A stretch of 63,934 bases of DNA, filler included, from Octopus bimaculoides (Eukaryota): NCBI RefSeq assembly GCF_001194135.2. It is 5 parts of 4 records of this genome, joined end to end, with 100 filler letters (N's around TTAATTAATTAA, not from the genome) between each part and the next. Parts side by side here need not be neighbours in the genome. Positions count along the whole stretch, not along the records: positions 1 to 16,549 come from NC_068982.1; positions 16,650 to 28,301 come from NC_068983.1; 3 more parts are not named here. One strand, given 5' to 3'. Below are positions 12,204 through 22,319 of this stretch, in pieces (position 1 is the first letter of the stretch; every line of letters begins with the position of its first letter). The notes under the pieces are model-generated. The model was not told the DNA's origin and did not search any database. It worked only from the letters and a program-made list of their open reading frames with translations. Made by a program: the position numbers and the translations under genes.

Positions 12204-13072
12204 TACGTGGACTAATCCATAAGTAACGACGCTATAGCATGCGAAGTAAAGTGGCTTGGCACACATTGACCTTACACTCTGCTATGTATGCGCGCTAAAT
12301 TTCAACGTTCTATCTCACACTGTTTACGGCAGTGCTTGGAAGTAACGTGTGTACCATGTGATGGTCGCATTGAGCATGGCAGATAACGTTGAGCAGAGAA
12401 TCTGCATCAAATTTTGCTAAAAGCTTGGCGATACCTGCTGAGCGGCTTAAGCAAAGTTTTCAAAAGTTTTCATCGTTCTATGCACAATCAAGGAGATTTT
12501 GTGCAACTGATCTTTTTGGTCAGCTGAAAGCAGTTTTGGCAGAAAATTGCCAGGCTCACATCTCATATCCAAATTTTCAGTGATAATAGAATGAACTGAA
12601 CTGTAATTAATCTGTACATCCTCTGATAACTCACGGATGGTGGTTCGACGGTTACCCCTCACAACTGCACGTACATCTGCGATGTTCTTCTCAGTTCTGC
12701 GGGCTGCAGGTCTCCCAGAACATTCGCCAAAATCGACATTTTTTCGGTCATCTCGGAAACGCCTGAACCACTCGTACACTTGTGTGCGGCTCATAAACTG
12801 CTCTCTATACACTTTCATCAAATTTACGTAGGCTTCTAAACAAGTATCGCCATGACAACTTTCTCTCTAATGGTCAATGTGACGATCACACGCAACACAC
12901 ATCCCTTCCAAGCACAGCCGAAGTGTAAACAGCGGAAGTGTGCTAGAACGCTAAAATTTAGTGCGCAAACACAGCAGAGTTGAAGGCCACTCTTTGTCAG
13001 GGAGCTTCACTCTGCGTGCTTTAGCTTCATTTATATGTCAATAGTCCGGATACTTATTGATCAAGCCACGTA
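12204..13072 (-). mobile_element. Non-autonomous mariner with two inverted 5' ends
   Basis: TIR-like TAcgtggactaatccataagta at 12204 and its complement ending at 13072; minus-strand ORF 12447-12821 (MSRTQVYEWFRRF...SGRP...RRTTIRELS) is a mariner HTH region; plus strand 12388-12440 repeats the transposase start (MADNVEQRICIKFC). Confidence 0.85.
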
Positions 13073-14052
13073 TGAGTGTCATGCGATATTCAGAATCAAA
13101 TAATAAAAAATGAACATATAGAGTGACGTAACAATTCATGTAATTATATTCATATATTTTAAGACGTAAAACAACTGAAGTATCCTCCTTGTAAATTAAA
13201 ATTGCTTGCATGAAACTATACTGAATTAACTTAAAAACACAACGAATAGAATAAGTAAGTTTACTCCATGCGAACAGCCACGAACCAAACAAAATGAGAA
13301 AATTAAATTACTTTATCCGCACAAGAAAGATACTCTCTGCATACGTGATATTCTAAGTATGACCAAGTACAGAGTATATCAGTACGAATGATAGTATTGA
13401 TAAAGAGCAATGCAAATTAATCAATCTTATATTTTGCCGCAAGAAAGTAGGTAACAACAAATTGCGGACTTTTCCCTTATTGGGGAATTGAAGATCAAAC
13501 TTAGCATAGCAATATATGTCAATGTCACCTTCTCCAGAATAGATTTCACGGACATAAATATTCTTGAGAAACTTATTGGAAGATGAAATATGTGCAGTGG
13601 AGAAAGGTATACGGTAACTGTAAGCAAATATTTAGAAAAAAATATAGTTAGTATAATTGGAAGAAGAAAAAAACAAGAAAATGTTATTAAAAGCTCATTT
13701 TATTTATAGGAAAGGGTTCTGTAAACGCTAAAATCGTGAAAGTATTTACCAACTGTTCATGTGTTGAAATGAGAAATTATATCTAACTAAAAATTAGATG
13801 ATTAAGTGCGATTACACGGGAAAAATAAATACTATTACGGCAATAATTAGATAGAATATATTACACAAGAATGAGCAGACAAACACATATTTCAGGAGCC
13901 TGGACAAATAGAATAACATTAAAAATATTCATACAATTTTATTCAGAAACGCATCAATGGTAGAGATTAAATGAAAGATGATGTAAACTTACCATAAACA
14001 GAAAAAAGTATTTGATTTTTCAGTTTCTATTGCAGACAGAATTTCAACTTAC

Positions 14053-14094
14053 TTCATATAATGTTTCTCCTTCAATCTCTACTCCATCACATGT
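14053..14094 (-). CDS. Candidate 42-nt internal exon (TCDGVEIEGETLYE), gene unknown
   Basis: Acceptor tttttatgcattgcaaattcag, donor GAA|gtaagt, open in phase 0-0; no homology recognised. Confidence 0.25.
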
Positions 14095-14881
14095 CTGAAT
14101 TTGCAATGCATAAAAATTCGTGTAAAGGAAACCGTGCGGTAAATTACGAATAATGCAAGTATTTTAAATACATTGTATTGCATAAATTTAATAAAAGCTT
14201 GTTATATTTAAAATTAAATTCCTATTTAAAATTCGATTAAACCTGTCAGAATGTTTTGATCAAAATCGCACCTCTCTTCGTTTTATGACACGCTTGTTTC
14301 TCTTATGCATTTAATGAATGATTTCATTATTTCTCGATATGATTAAATATTATTAAAACAGAAATAATTCTTTTTATATGACTACAGCAATTAATTTCTT
14401 ACAAGTATGTTACATTAATTTTGACTATTGCTTAACAAACATTTTCAAACATTTATTAAAACGCATTTAACCGGGCATTCTAATTTTATGTGGCTATATG
14501 ACAGTTATAACAAAACAGCAATAGATTTTGTTTGGTTTGGGAAGTGGTAATTTGGAGAAACGCCAAAATAATAAATTAAATACTTTGTAGTATTTAGTTA
14601 AGTCAAATTCCAACTTTAGAGTTTATTGAGTTTGTCATAGCGCTCAATGTTTAGTGAATTTTACGGTATTGATAAAAATAATAATAGACAAGTGCAGTAG
14701 TTGATTTTATTACTCTGTTTTACAATTCTCAGAAATACTTTAGCCTATACATTTATAATCACGATGAATGATACGTATCCTATGAATAATACGTGGCCCA
14801 CCTGTATGCAGACGGACAAGTTACAGATCATGTGGATATTATATCCTATAATAGGCACAAGAAAAGGATTGAAAAATATTA

Positions 14882-14934
<53 letters not shown>

Positions 14935-14999
14935 GATGTCTGTCTGAGTGTCTGTCTGTCTGTCTGTCTGTCTATTTTTCATGTCAGTTACATGCATAT

Positions 15000-15165
15000 A
15001 GGCGCAGGAATGGCTGTGTTGTAAGTAGCCTGCTTACCAACCACACAGTCATGGGTTCAGTTCAACTGCGTGGCATCTTGGACAAGTGTCGTCTACTATA
15101 GCCTCGGGCTGACCAAAGCCTTGTGAGTGGATTTAGTAGAAGGAAACTGGAAGAAGCCCGTCGTA
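15000..15165 (+). mobile_element. SINE family A head
   Basis: ggcgcaggaatggctgtgttgtaagtagcc...gaagcccgtcg followed by (TA)n. Confidence 0.9.
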
Positions 15166-15677
15166 TATATATATATATATATATATNNNNNNNNNNNNNN
15201 NNNNNNNNNNNNNNNNNNNNNNNNNNNNNNNNNNNNNNNNNNNNNNNNNNNNNNNNNNNNNNNNNNNNNNNNNNNNNNNNNNNATATATATGTATATATA
15301 TATGTATAAATAGTTTCACCACTCATAGAAGTCACGAACACACGTGTTGAATTGGACGCTGCAAAATAGATAGTTCTGTATTAGCATAATTTCTGGGTTT
15401 GCCTAAAGGCTGTACTGTCTTCAGCAGAACACACTGATAGAAATAAATGAAATATTTGTATATACTCACAGGAAAGCAAAAGGCAAAGCCACAAATACAC
15501 ATAAATACGCCATATATAATTCCTAAATGTATTCGGTCGGCGCAGCAGGGTAGCTATCCCGTCCCGAAGTGAATACATTTTTCCATTACAATAGTAAAGG
15601 ATAAAACTTTAAAAAAAAGTGTTATCAGTCTCCAGCGTATAAAATAAAAGCAATTAAGGTGAAAATTATATGTATAA

Positions 15678-15936
15678 TTATAATAAGGGTTAGAAAAAGT
15701 TTTCTGCCTATATGCTGAGAAATAGACGCTAAATCGTCACAAACACACGTGCTGAATTCGCCGCAACAAGGTAACGAAAATTTTTAATAAAATAGATACT
15801 TCTGTATTAGGCTAATTTCTGGGTTTGCCTAAAAGCTCTACTGTTTTCAGTGTTTGTGAATTTTTTGAGTGGTGAAATGGTCTAGCGTCTATTTCTCAGC
15901 ATATAGGCTAGAAAATTTTTCTAAGCCCTTATTATA
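15678..15936. repeat. Element with ~60-bp inverted arms
   Basis: 15681-15740 is the reverse complement of ~15875-15936; its internal part is repeated at 15335-15425. Confidence 0.65.
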
Positions 15937-16549
15937 TTAGGTTGTCAAGAAAGTTCTTGCGGAATTGTTAATTTTGGTGTTAAATGATGTATTTTTAGAG
16001 GAATTCACGTTAAATTACTTTCACTTTATATATAATTTTAAAGCCCGTTTTTCCCTCTGTCTAATCATGTTACTCTTTTTCTTTTTGCATAATTAAGCCA
16101 TTTTTTCCGGAACGCTGAATACATGGACAAAAAGCAAATTCGCACAATTTTCTTATTCCAGTTCAAGCTAGGCCGAAAAGCTGTTGAAACAGCTCGAGAT
16201 ATCAACGATGGGTTTGGCCCAGGAACGACTAATGAACGTACAGCACAATGGTGGTTCAAGAAATTTCCTAGCGGTGATGAGAGACTTGAAGATGATATGC
16301 ATAGTGGTCGGCCATCAGATGTTGACAACGATCAACTAAGAGCCTTAGTCGAAGCCAATCCACGCACAGCTTTTCGAGAGCTTGCTTCTGAATTAGACGT
16401 AACGTATACGACAATTTCGAACCACTTGAAAGAGATTGAAAAAAAAAAGAATATTTGGGAAATGGGTGCCGCACGAATTGAACGACAACCAAAAAAGAAG
16501 AAAACACACGCCGTTTTGAAGTGTTGTCTTTCCCGGATTCTGGCTTGCG
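15935..16549 (+). mobile_element. Mariner 5' half (Hsmar1/cecropia-like), transposase cut by a gap
   Basis: TIR TATTAGGTTGTCAAGAAAG; ORF from 16123 MDKKQIRTIFLFQFKLGRKAVETARDINDGFGPGTTNERTAQWWFKKF...SGRPSDVDNDQLRALVEANPR, a typical mariner N-terminus. Confidence 0.9.
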
Positions 16550-16650
16550 NNNNNNNNNNNNNNNNNNNNNNNNNNNNNNNNNNNNNNNNNNNNTTAATTA
16601 ATTAANNNNNNNNNNNNNNNNNNNNNNNNNNNNNNNNNNNNNNNNNNNNA

Positions 16651-17012
16651 TAGGGGGCTGAGGACGGAACCTTGGTGGACCCCTACCTCTACCCGGAATT
16701 CATTGCTGTACTCATTTCCAACCCTCACCTTACTGGCAGCATCTCTGTACATGGCTCGCACAGCTCTCACTAACCATTCTTCTATCCCAAGTTTCCTCAT
16801 TGACCACCAGATAAGGGATCGGGGGACCCTGTCAAAGGCTTTCTCCATGTCAACGAAAGCCAGGTACAGAGGTTTATCCTTAGCTAGGTATTTCTCCTGC
16901 AACTGTCTCACTAGAAATAAGGCATCAGTAGTGCTTTTACCTGGCACGAACCCAAACTGCATCTCATCTAAATTGATTCGCTCCCTAATTAGTTGGGCTA
17001 TGACCCTCTCTA
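16651..17012 (-). mobile_element. RTE LINE reverse-transcriptase fragment
   Basis: QFGFVPGKSTTDALFLVRQLQEKY...AFVDMEKAFDRVPR...GVHQGSVLSPL. Confidence 0.95.
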
Positions 17013-17059
17013 TTGTTTGTAATTAATCTTGCATTATCTTGTAGCTTCCAAATTTTGAG

Positions 17060-17187
17060 TAGGTGATTGTTTATATTTAGAATGACATTCTAGGCTATGG
17101 TGCAAGAGGCCAGATCTGGCCAGTTTGAACATAAAACAAGTAGAATATTTGGGCCGGATATTGCTGTTTTAAATGCTAAAGGATTAA
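17060..17187 (-). mobile_element. piggyBac-like TTAA MITE, partial
   Basis: Ends aaatgctaaaggaTTAA; homologous to 18646-18868. Confidence 0.7.
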
Positions 17188-17299
17188 AATCTAGTTTTAT
17201 CGACACTTCTTTCAAAATTTCTATTTTGTTTTTCACACAATAAATAACTTGTGCAGGTTGAACTATATAGAACGTTTGAGAAAGAAATTTAGCTGTTTC

Positions 17300-17427
17300 T
17301 TGCAATAATTACATCTGAAGCAAAATTTCTTTATGGACCTTTAATACTATACTGTGGATCCCCACTTTATTATTTTGCTTGCATAGACTCCCAAAAATCT
17401 TATATGGACCCCAGTTGAGAACCTCTG
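17300..17427 (-). mobile_element. hAT-like MITE end
   Basis: Reverse complement cagaggttctcaactggggtccata; similar end at 47262. Confidence 0.45.
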
Positions 17428-17899
17428 GGCTAGATTAAAGCTAACCGATGCCTTAAACACAACCCAACAATGGCACCCTCTCCACACTTCCATAGACTAA
17501 TTGACAAGGCATAAAGACATATTGAATTTAATACAACAAACTAAAAAAAGTGTTTTCTTTCATGCTAGTCCCTAACAAAATGTTTTAAATATAACATGTT
17601 TTAAAATTATATTTACTCAGCACTACAAAGCTATAAGAAGTATAAGCAAAAAATTTACTCACAACTAGGGCAACAGGAAAAATGCAAATTTTCAACATTT
17701 TTTCCTGATTTGTTTTTAATTTAAAAAAAAACTAATAAATAAACAAATTTACACCATAGTAAATCCAGCACTAGAAGGGAGAGCAAAAAAACTCTGTGGC
17801 ATCTCCCCTCTCTTATTGCTCTAAGTATGTGCTTATATAGTTTAACTCCTTTGACATTAACCTGCTTGAGAATGCCCTTAGTTCAATAATGCAACTTTC

Positions 17900-18235
17900 C
17901 TACTTTAGTAAAGACCCCCTTCGGTCATGGACGACCATGGGATTGCACCTAGAAAGTTCCACTCAGAAGCACAAGTCTGGGCAAGGTTGTTTGTGGAAGA
18001 CCAGCAGTCGCCCATGTATACCATCCTCCCCTCTCCACACCTTTGATGTTATCCAAGGGAAAAGCAAAGGCTTGATACAGCTTGACACAAGCGACATCAC
18101 AACTCATTTCTACAGCTGAGTGAACTGGAGCAACTTGAAATGAAGTGTCTTTCTCAAGAACACAACACAGCCTGATCCAAGAATCGAACTCATTACCTCA
18201 TGATTATGAGCTTGATGCCCTAAGTACGAAGCCAC
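17900..18235 (-). mobile_element. SINE family C (tRNA-like head at the right end)
   Basis: gacccccttcggtcatg...gaatcgaactc...acctcatgatt; recognised octopus-type interspersed repeat, CpG-decayed. Confidence 0.65.
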
Positions 18236-18486
18236 CAGTCTAAATTAAAACCATTTGTGAAAATTTTTGCAATAATTTCTATTCCAAAATAGATTAATAA
18301 CAAGGTTATCATACTAAATTCTTAATTTTTTCTTGTTTTTTTAAAATTATTTGAAACAAAAACAGTGTATTTTAACAGAAATATGGTAACAAAAGGATTC
18401 ATAGCTAATAGGGGCTCAAGTGACCAACTGACTGACACAGAAAACAAAAAGTCAGAAATGATTTTCCATTGTTCTTGTTCCTTAAC

Positions 18487-18552
18487 CTTTGCCTCTCCTG
18501 TGTATCAGGAGATATTTCCCTGGAGTCCATGCATTCATATTTGACACATTAA
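18487..18552 (-). CDS. Candidate 66-nt exon (NVSNMNAWTPGKYLLIHRRGK)
   Basis: T-rich acceptor ttttattttcatactttaag, weak donor AG|gttaag, open in phase 1-1. Confidence 0.15.
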
Positions 18553-18645
18553 CTTAAAGTATGAAAATAAAACAGGATATTTAGGATAAACTTATGAAAA
18601 TGCTTTGGACAAAGACTTAAGAGAACCAAGGCAGTATAAGAATTA

Positions 18646-18868
18646 CAACCCTTTAGCATTTAAACTGGCCATGTCCAGCCCACATATTCTACCTGTTCTC
18701 TGTCCAAATTAGCCAGATCTGGTCTCTCACACCTGCTTTACAATGTCTTTCTGAAAATATACAATCACATCATGAAAATCTTGAAGCTATGAGATAATGC
18801 ATGATTAACTGAAAACAATGTGAATAAATATTTCATTTGAGAGAATAATGTGAATTCTAAAGAATTAA
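18646..18868 (+). mobile_element. piggyBac-like TTAA MITE, near full length
   Basis: aaccctttagcatt...aattctaaagaaTTAA terminal inverted repeats. Confidence 0.75.
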
Positions 18869-18954
18869 GACGAACAACAAATAATTGTAAGGAATGATGT
18901 TGAAATTAAATATAATTTTCTAAGGCTTTCATAGAGTTTATAATTACTCTTTAC

Positions 18955-19345
18955 TCTTTTACTCTTTTACTTGTTTCAGTCATTTGACTGTGGCCATGCT
19001 GGAGCACCACCTTTAGTCGAGCAAATCGACCCCAGGACTTATTCTTTGTAAGCCTATTACTTATTCTACCAGCCGCTCTTTTGCCAAACCGCTAAGTTAC
19101 GGGGATGTAAACACGCCAGCATTGGTTGTCAAGCGATGTTGGGGGGGACAAACACAGACACACAAACACACACACATATATATATATACATATATACGAC
19201 GGGCTTCTTTCAGTTTCCATCTACCAAATCCACTCACAAGGCTTTGGTCAGCCCAAGACTATAGTAGAAGACACTTGCCAAAGGTGCCACGCAGTGGGAC
19301 TGAACCCTGAACCATGTGGTTCGTAAGCAAGCTACTTACCACATA
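18955..19345 (-). mobile_element. SINE family A
   Basis: Full length with (ttactct)n tail on the left; reverse complement of the 29530 copy. Confidence 0.9.
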
Positions 19346-19548
19346 GTCTAATAATATATTCAGATGTCCTCTGAGATTGGTGATGTTGATGCATGATTAG
19401 TAAAAGGCTACTTTTTAACCCTTTAGCATTTAAACTGGCCATCTGAATATATTATTTAAAAAATGTCCTCAATTTCAAAATCTATGGAAGTTTTTGAAAA
19501 TTATATTTAAATTTCAACATCATTTCTTGCAGTTATTTATTGTTAGCC

Positions 19549-19825
19549 TTAATCCTTTAGCATTCAGAATATTGCTAAATGTAATATTTATTCACATTGT
19601 TTTCAATTAATCATGCATTATCTCATAGCTTCAGATTTTCTGCCTGTTTATTGTTCAGATCAGCCATATCTGACCTCTCACACCTAAGCTACAGTGTCAC
19701 TCTAAAAATAAACAATTACATCACCAAAATCTGAAAGTTATGAAAATAACATATGATTAATTCAAAACAGTGTGTAATAAATAAGGATTACATTTGACAG
19801 AATAATCTGAATGCTAAAAGATTAA
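19549..19825. mobile_element. piggyBac-like MITE variant with two inverted copies of the same end
   Basis: TTAAtcctttagcattcaga... and ...tctgaatgctaaaagaTTAA with ~90-bp inverted arms. Confidence 0.7.
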
Positions 19826-19914
19826 TCCTACCTATGCTCAAATGATTGAGCAAATATGATTAATCCTTAAGGTTTCAGATTACTCTGACAATGTAACACA
19901 TATTTTATTCTTTT

Positions 19915-20335
19915 ATTCTTTCTTTTACTTGTTTCAGCACTAGACGGTGGCCATGCTGGGGCACCAATTTGAAATCTTTTTAGTCAAATGAATAAATCCT
20001 AGTACTTATTTTTTTTTTAAGCCAGACACTTATTCTATCAGTTTATTTTGCTAAACCACCAAGTTATGGGGACATAAACACACCAACACTGGTTGTCAAG
20101 CAGTAGGGGATGGACAAATACAGACAGATGGGGACACACACACACACACAGATATACATACATACATACATATATGATGGGCTTCTTTCAGTTTCTGTCT
20201 ACCAAATCCATGCACAAAGCTTTCATCAGCCCTAGGCTATAGTAGAAGACACTTGCTCAAGGTGCCACACAGTGAGACTGAACCCAGAACCATGAGATTG
20301 AGAAGCAAGCTTCTTACCACACAGCCATGCCTGGA
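19915..20335 (-). mobile_element. SINE family A, strongly CpG-decayed
   Basis: Same architecture as other family A copies; cccgtcg has become cccatca. Confidence 0.85.
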
Positions 20336-20499
20336 ATTGATTATGCATTATCACATAGCTTTGGAATTTCAATGGCATGACTTTATTTTTAGAATGACAT
20401 TACAGGGTTGGTGTGAGAGACAGGGTCTGGCTGATTTGAACATAAAACAAGTAGAATATTTGAGGTTGGTATTGGCCAGCTTAAATGCTAAAAGGTTAA
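20336..20499 (-). mobile_element. piggyBac-like TTAA MITE, partial
   Basis: Ends ttaaatgctaaaaggTTAA. Confidence 0.7.
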
Positions 20500-21399
20500 A
20501 GGGGTTCTAATAAAGATCATCTCACAATTTTTCTCTTGTGTCCCTTGTGGTATATATTTTTTATTAATATATTTAAAGCTGTCACAAAGGTGTCACATAG
20601 TGGGACTGTACCTGGAACCATGTGGTTGGAAAACAAGCTTCTTAACACACAGCCTTACCTGCACCTATAAGATGTGATTTGAGAAAAAGTTTAGCTGCTA
20701 TTTCTAGTATCATACAGGCTCTCTTGTGAGCTTGACTTTCATGATGATGTGAAATGAAATGATGGTAACAAGTAGAGATTCATATTTACACTAGAAATAT
20801 GCAGCACTTTAAATTCTTTATTAAACCTATTGATCCAGAGAAGAGCACGATTATCACCAATTCTCATCACTTCTCAGATTTCATGTCTAGTCAATGAAAA
20901 GAAAGCAATGTTTACTGCGTAAATTGTCTTCAAAAGCTTAGTGTACTGAATGTTCCATTTGAATGTTAAGAAGGAGGCTTGTTTACTAGCTCTGACATCG
21001 ACATTCAATTCAAATATCTTGACTTCACTACATTTATTACATTCTATTGAGACAATAAGTTAGGTAAATATCAATTTAAACGAGAGAGAAATGATGTTTG
21101 CCTAAATATTGTGTCTGTGACCTTTAGAATATACAGCTTCTAATAAACAGATCAGAAAGCCTCCAGTGAGTGAAGTTAAGTTTCACTAAGAATTCACTAT
21201 AAGTTAAAAAAGATTAATACACACATTTGGTCAACTTGTTTTCAAATTATTATTATTATTATTTTTTTTTTTAATTCTTCTCTCTTCAAATTTTCTTCCA
21301 TTTCTCGCCAAGTGTTTTCCGTACACCTAGGGTAGAGAAGCTCATTGCATGCATTCCCAGTTTACACACAAATTCACAGGTAAAATATGTATTTAAAAA

Positions 21400-21945
21400 A
21401 AATTAATAAATAAATAAATTCATGAATGGATGTTGTTTTCACAGCGATAATGCTCTTCTCAGTACATGAGTCGTTCCAGTTAACACGATTTTTTGCACTT
21501 CCTGTAGGGATGGTAAGCCTGGTATCATTTTCAAATAGGTTTCGGTACCCTTTTTTTATCATTCCTAGAGATCCTACAATCACTGGTACGGTAGTCGCCT
21601 TGAGGTGCCACATTTTTTCAATTTCTATTAGCAAGTCTTTATATTTGCTGATCTTGTCAAATTTTTTCGCCGCTATATTATGATCGCAAGGAATACTTAT
21701 GTCAATTAATAAACACATCTTTTTTGTCTGATCTTTTATAATAATATCCGGTTTATTAGCTTTTATAGTTTTGTCGGTATGTACGGGGAAATCCCAGAGA
21801 ATTGACACATTTTCTCCCACAGTTACAGCTTCAGGATGGTGTTTATACCATTTGTCAATGGTTTTGATTTTATAATGCCGACATATTGTCCAGTATAAAT
21901 ACTGGCCAGCCCTGTCATGTCTTGCTTTATATTCTACAGGTGCTA
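21400..21945 (-). mobile_element. R4/Dong-clade LINE 3' end (restriction-like endonuclease domain)
   Basis: YKARHDRAGQYLYWTICRHY...ILWDFPVHTDKTIKANKPDIIIKD...LLIDISIP...KYKDL...VPVIVGSLG (RHD, PD..D and KY..L motifs of RLE LINEs). Confidence 0.9.
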
Positions 21946-21950
21946 ATACA

Positions 21951-21981
<31 letters not shown>

Positions 21982-22319
21982 CTATACAAATACACACACA
22001 CATACACACATATACATTTATGCATTTCTTTTGCAAGATTCTTGATGTGAAATCATGTGTTGAAACAGATATCATTATACTTGGGGATGGTCATATTTTA
22101 AACAAGAGGAGATGTGTTGCATAAAGAGTTGCTGAAAAGGTCACAGGATACGTGATGAAAGGACTTTGACAAAGAAACAAAAATAATAATAATGCTGAAG
22201 TGAAGACCAAATATATAGTGCGTATGTTTAATTGGCAATATATGACCATCCCCAAATATAACAACATATATATATGTATGTATGTATGTGTGTATGTATG
22301 TATGTGTGTATGTATGTAT

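Noticed and set aside
16594-16605. TTAATTAATTAA island inside N runs (also at 28346, 59588 and 61912)
   Set aside because: An identical 12-mer centred in gaps is an assembly or scaffolding spacer, not biology.
20720-21050. ~100-codon minus-strand frame with a single TGA
   Set aside because: No recognisable domain, weak donors; compatible with chance.
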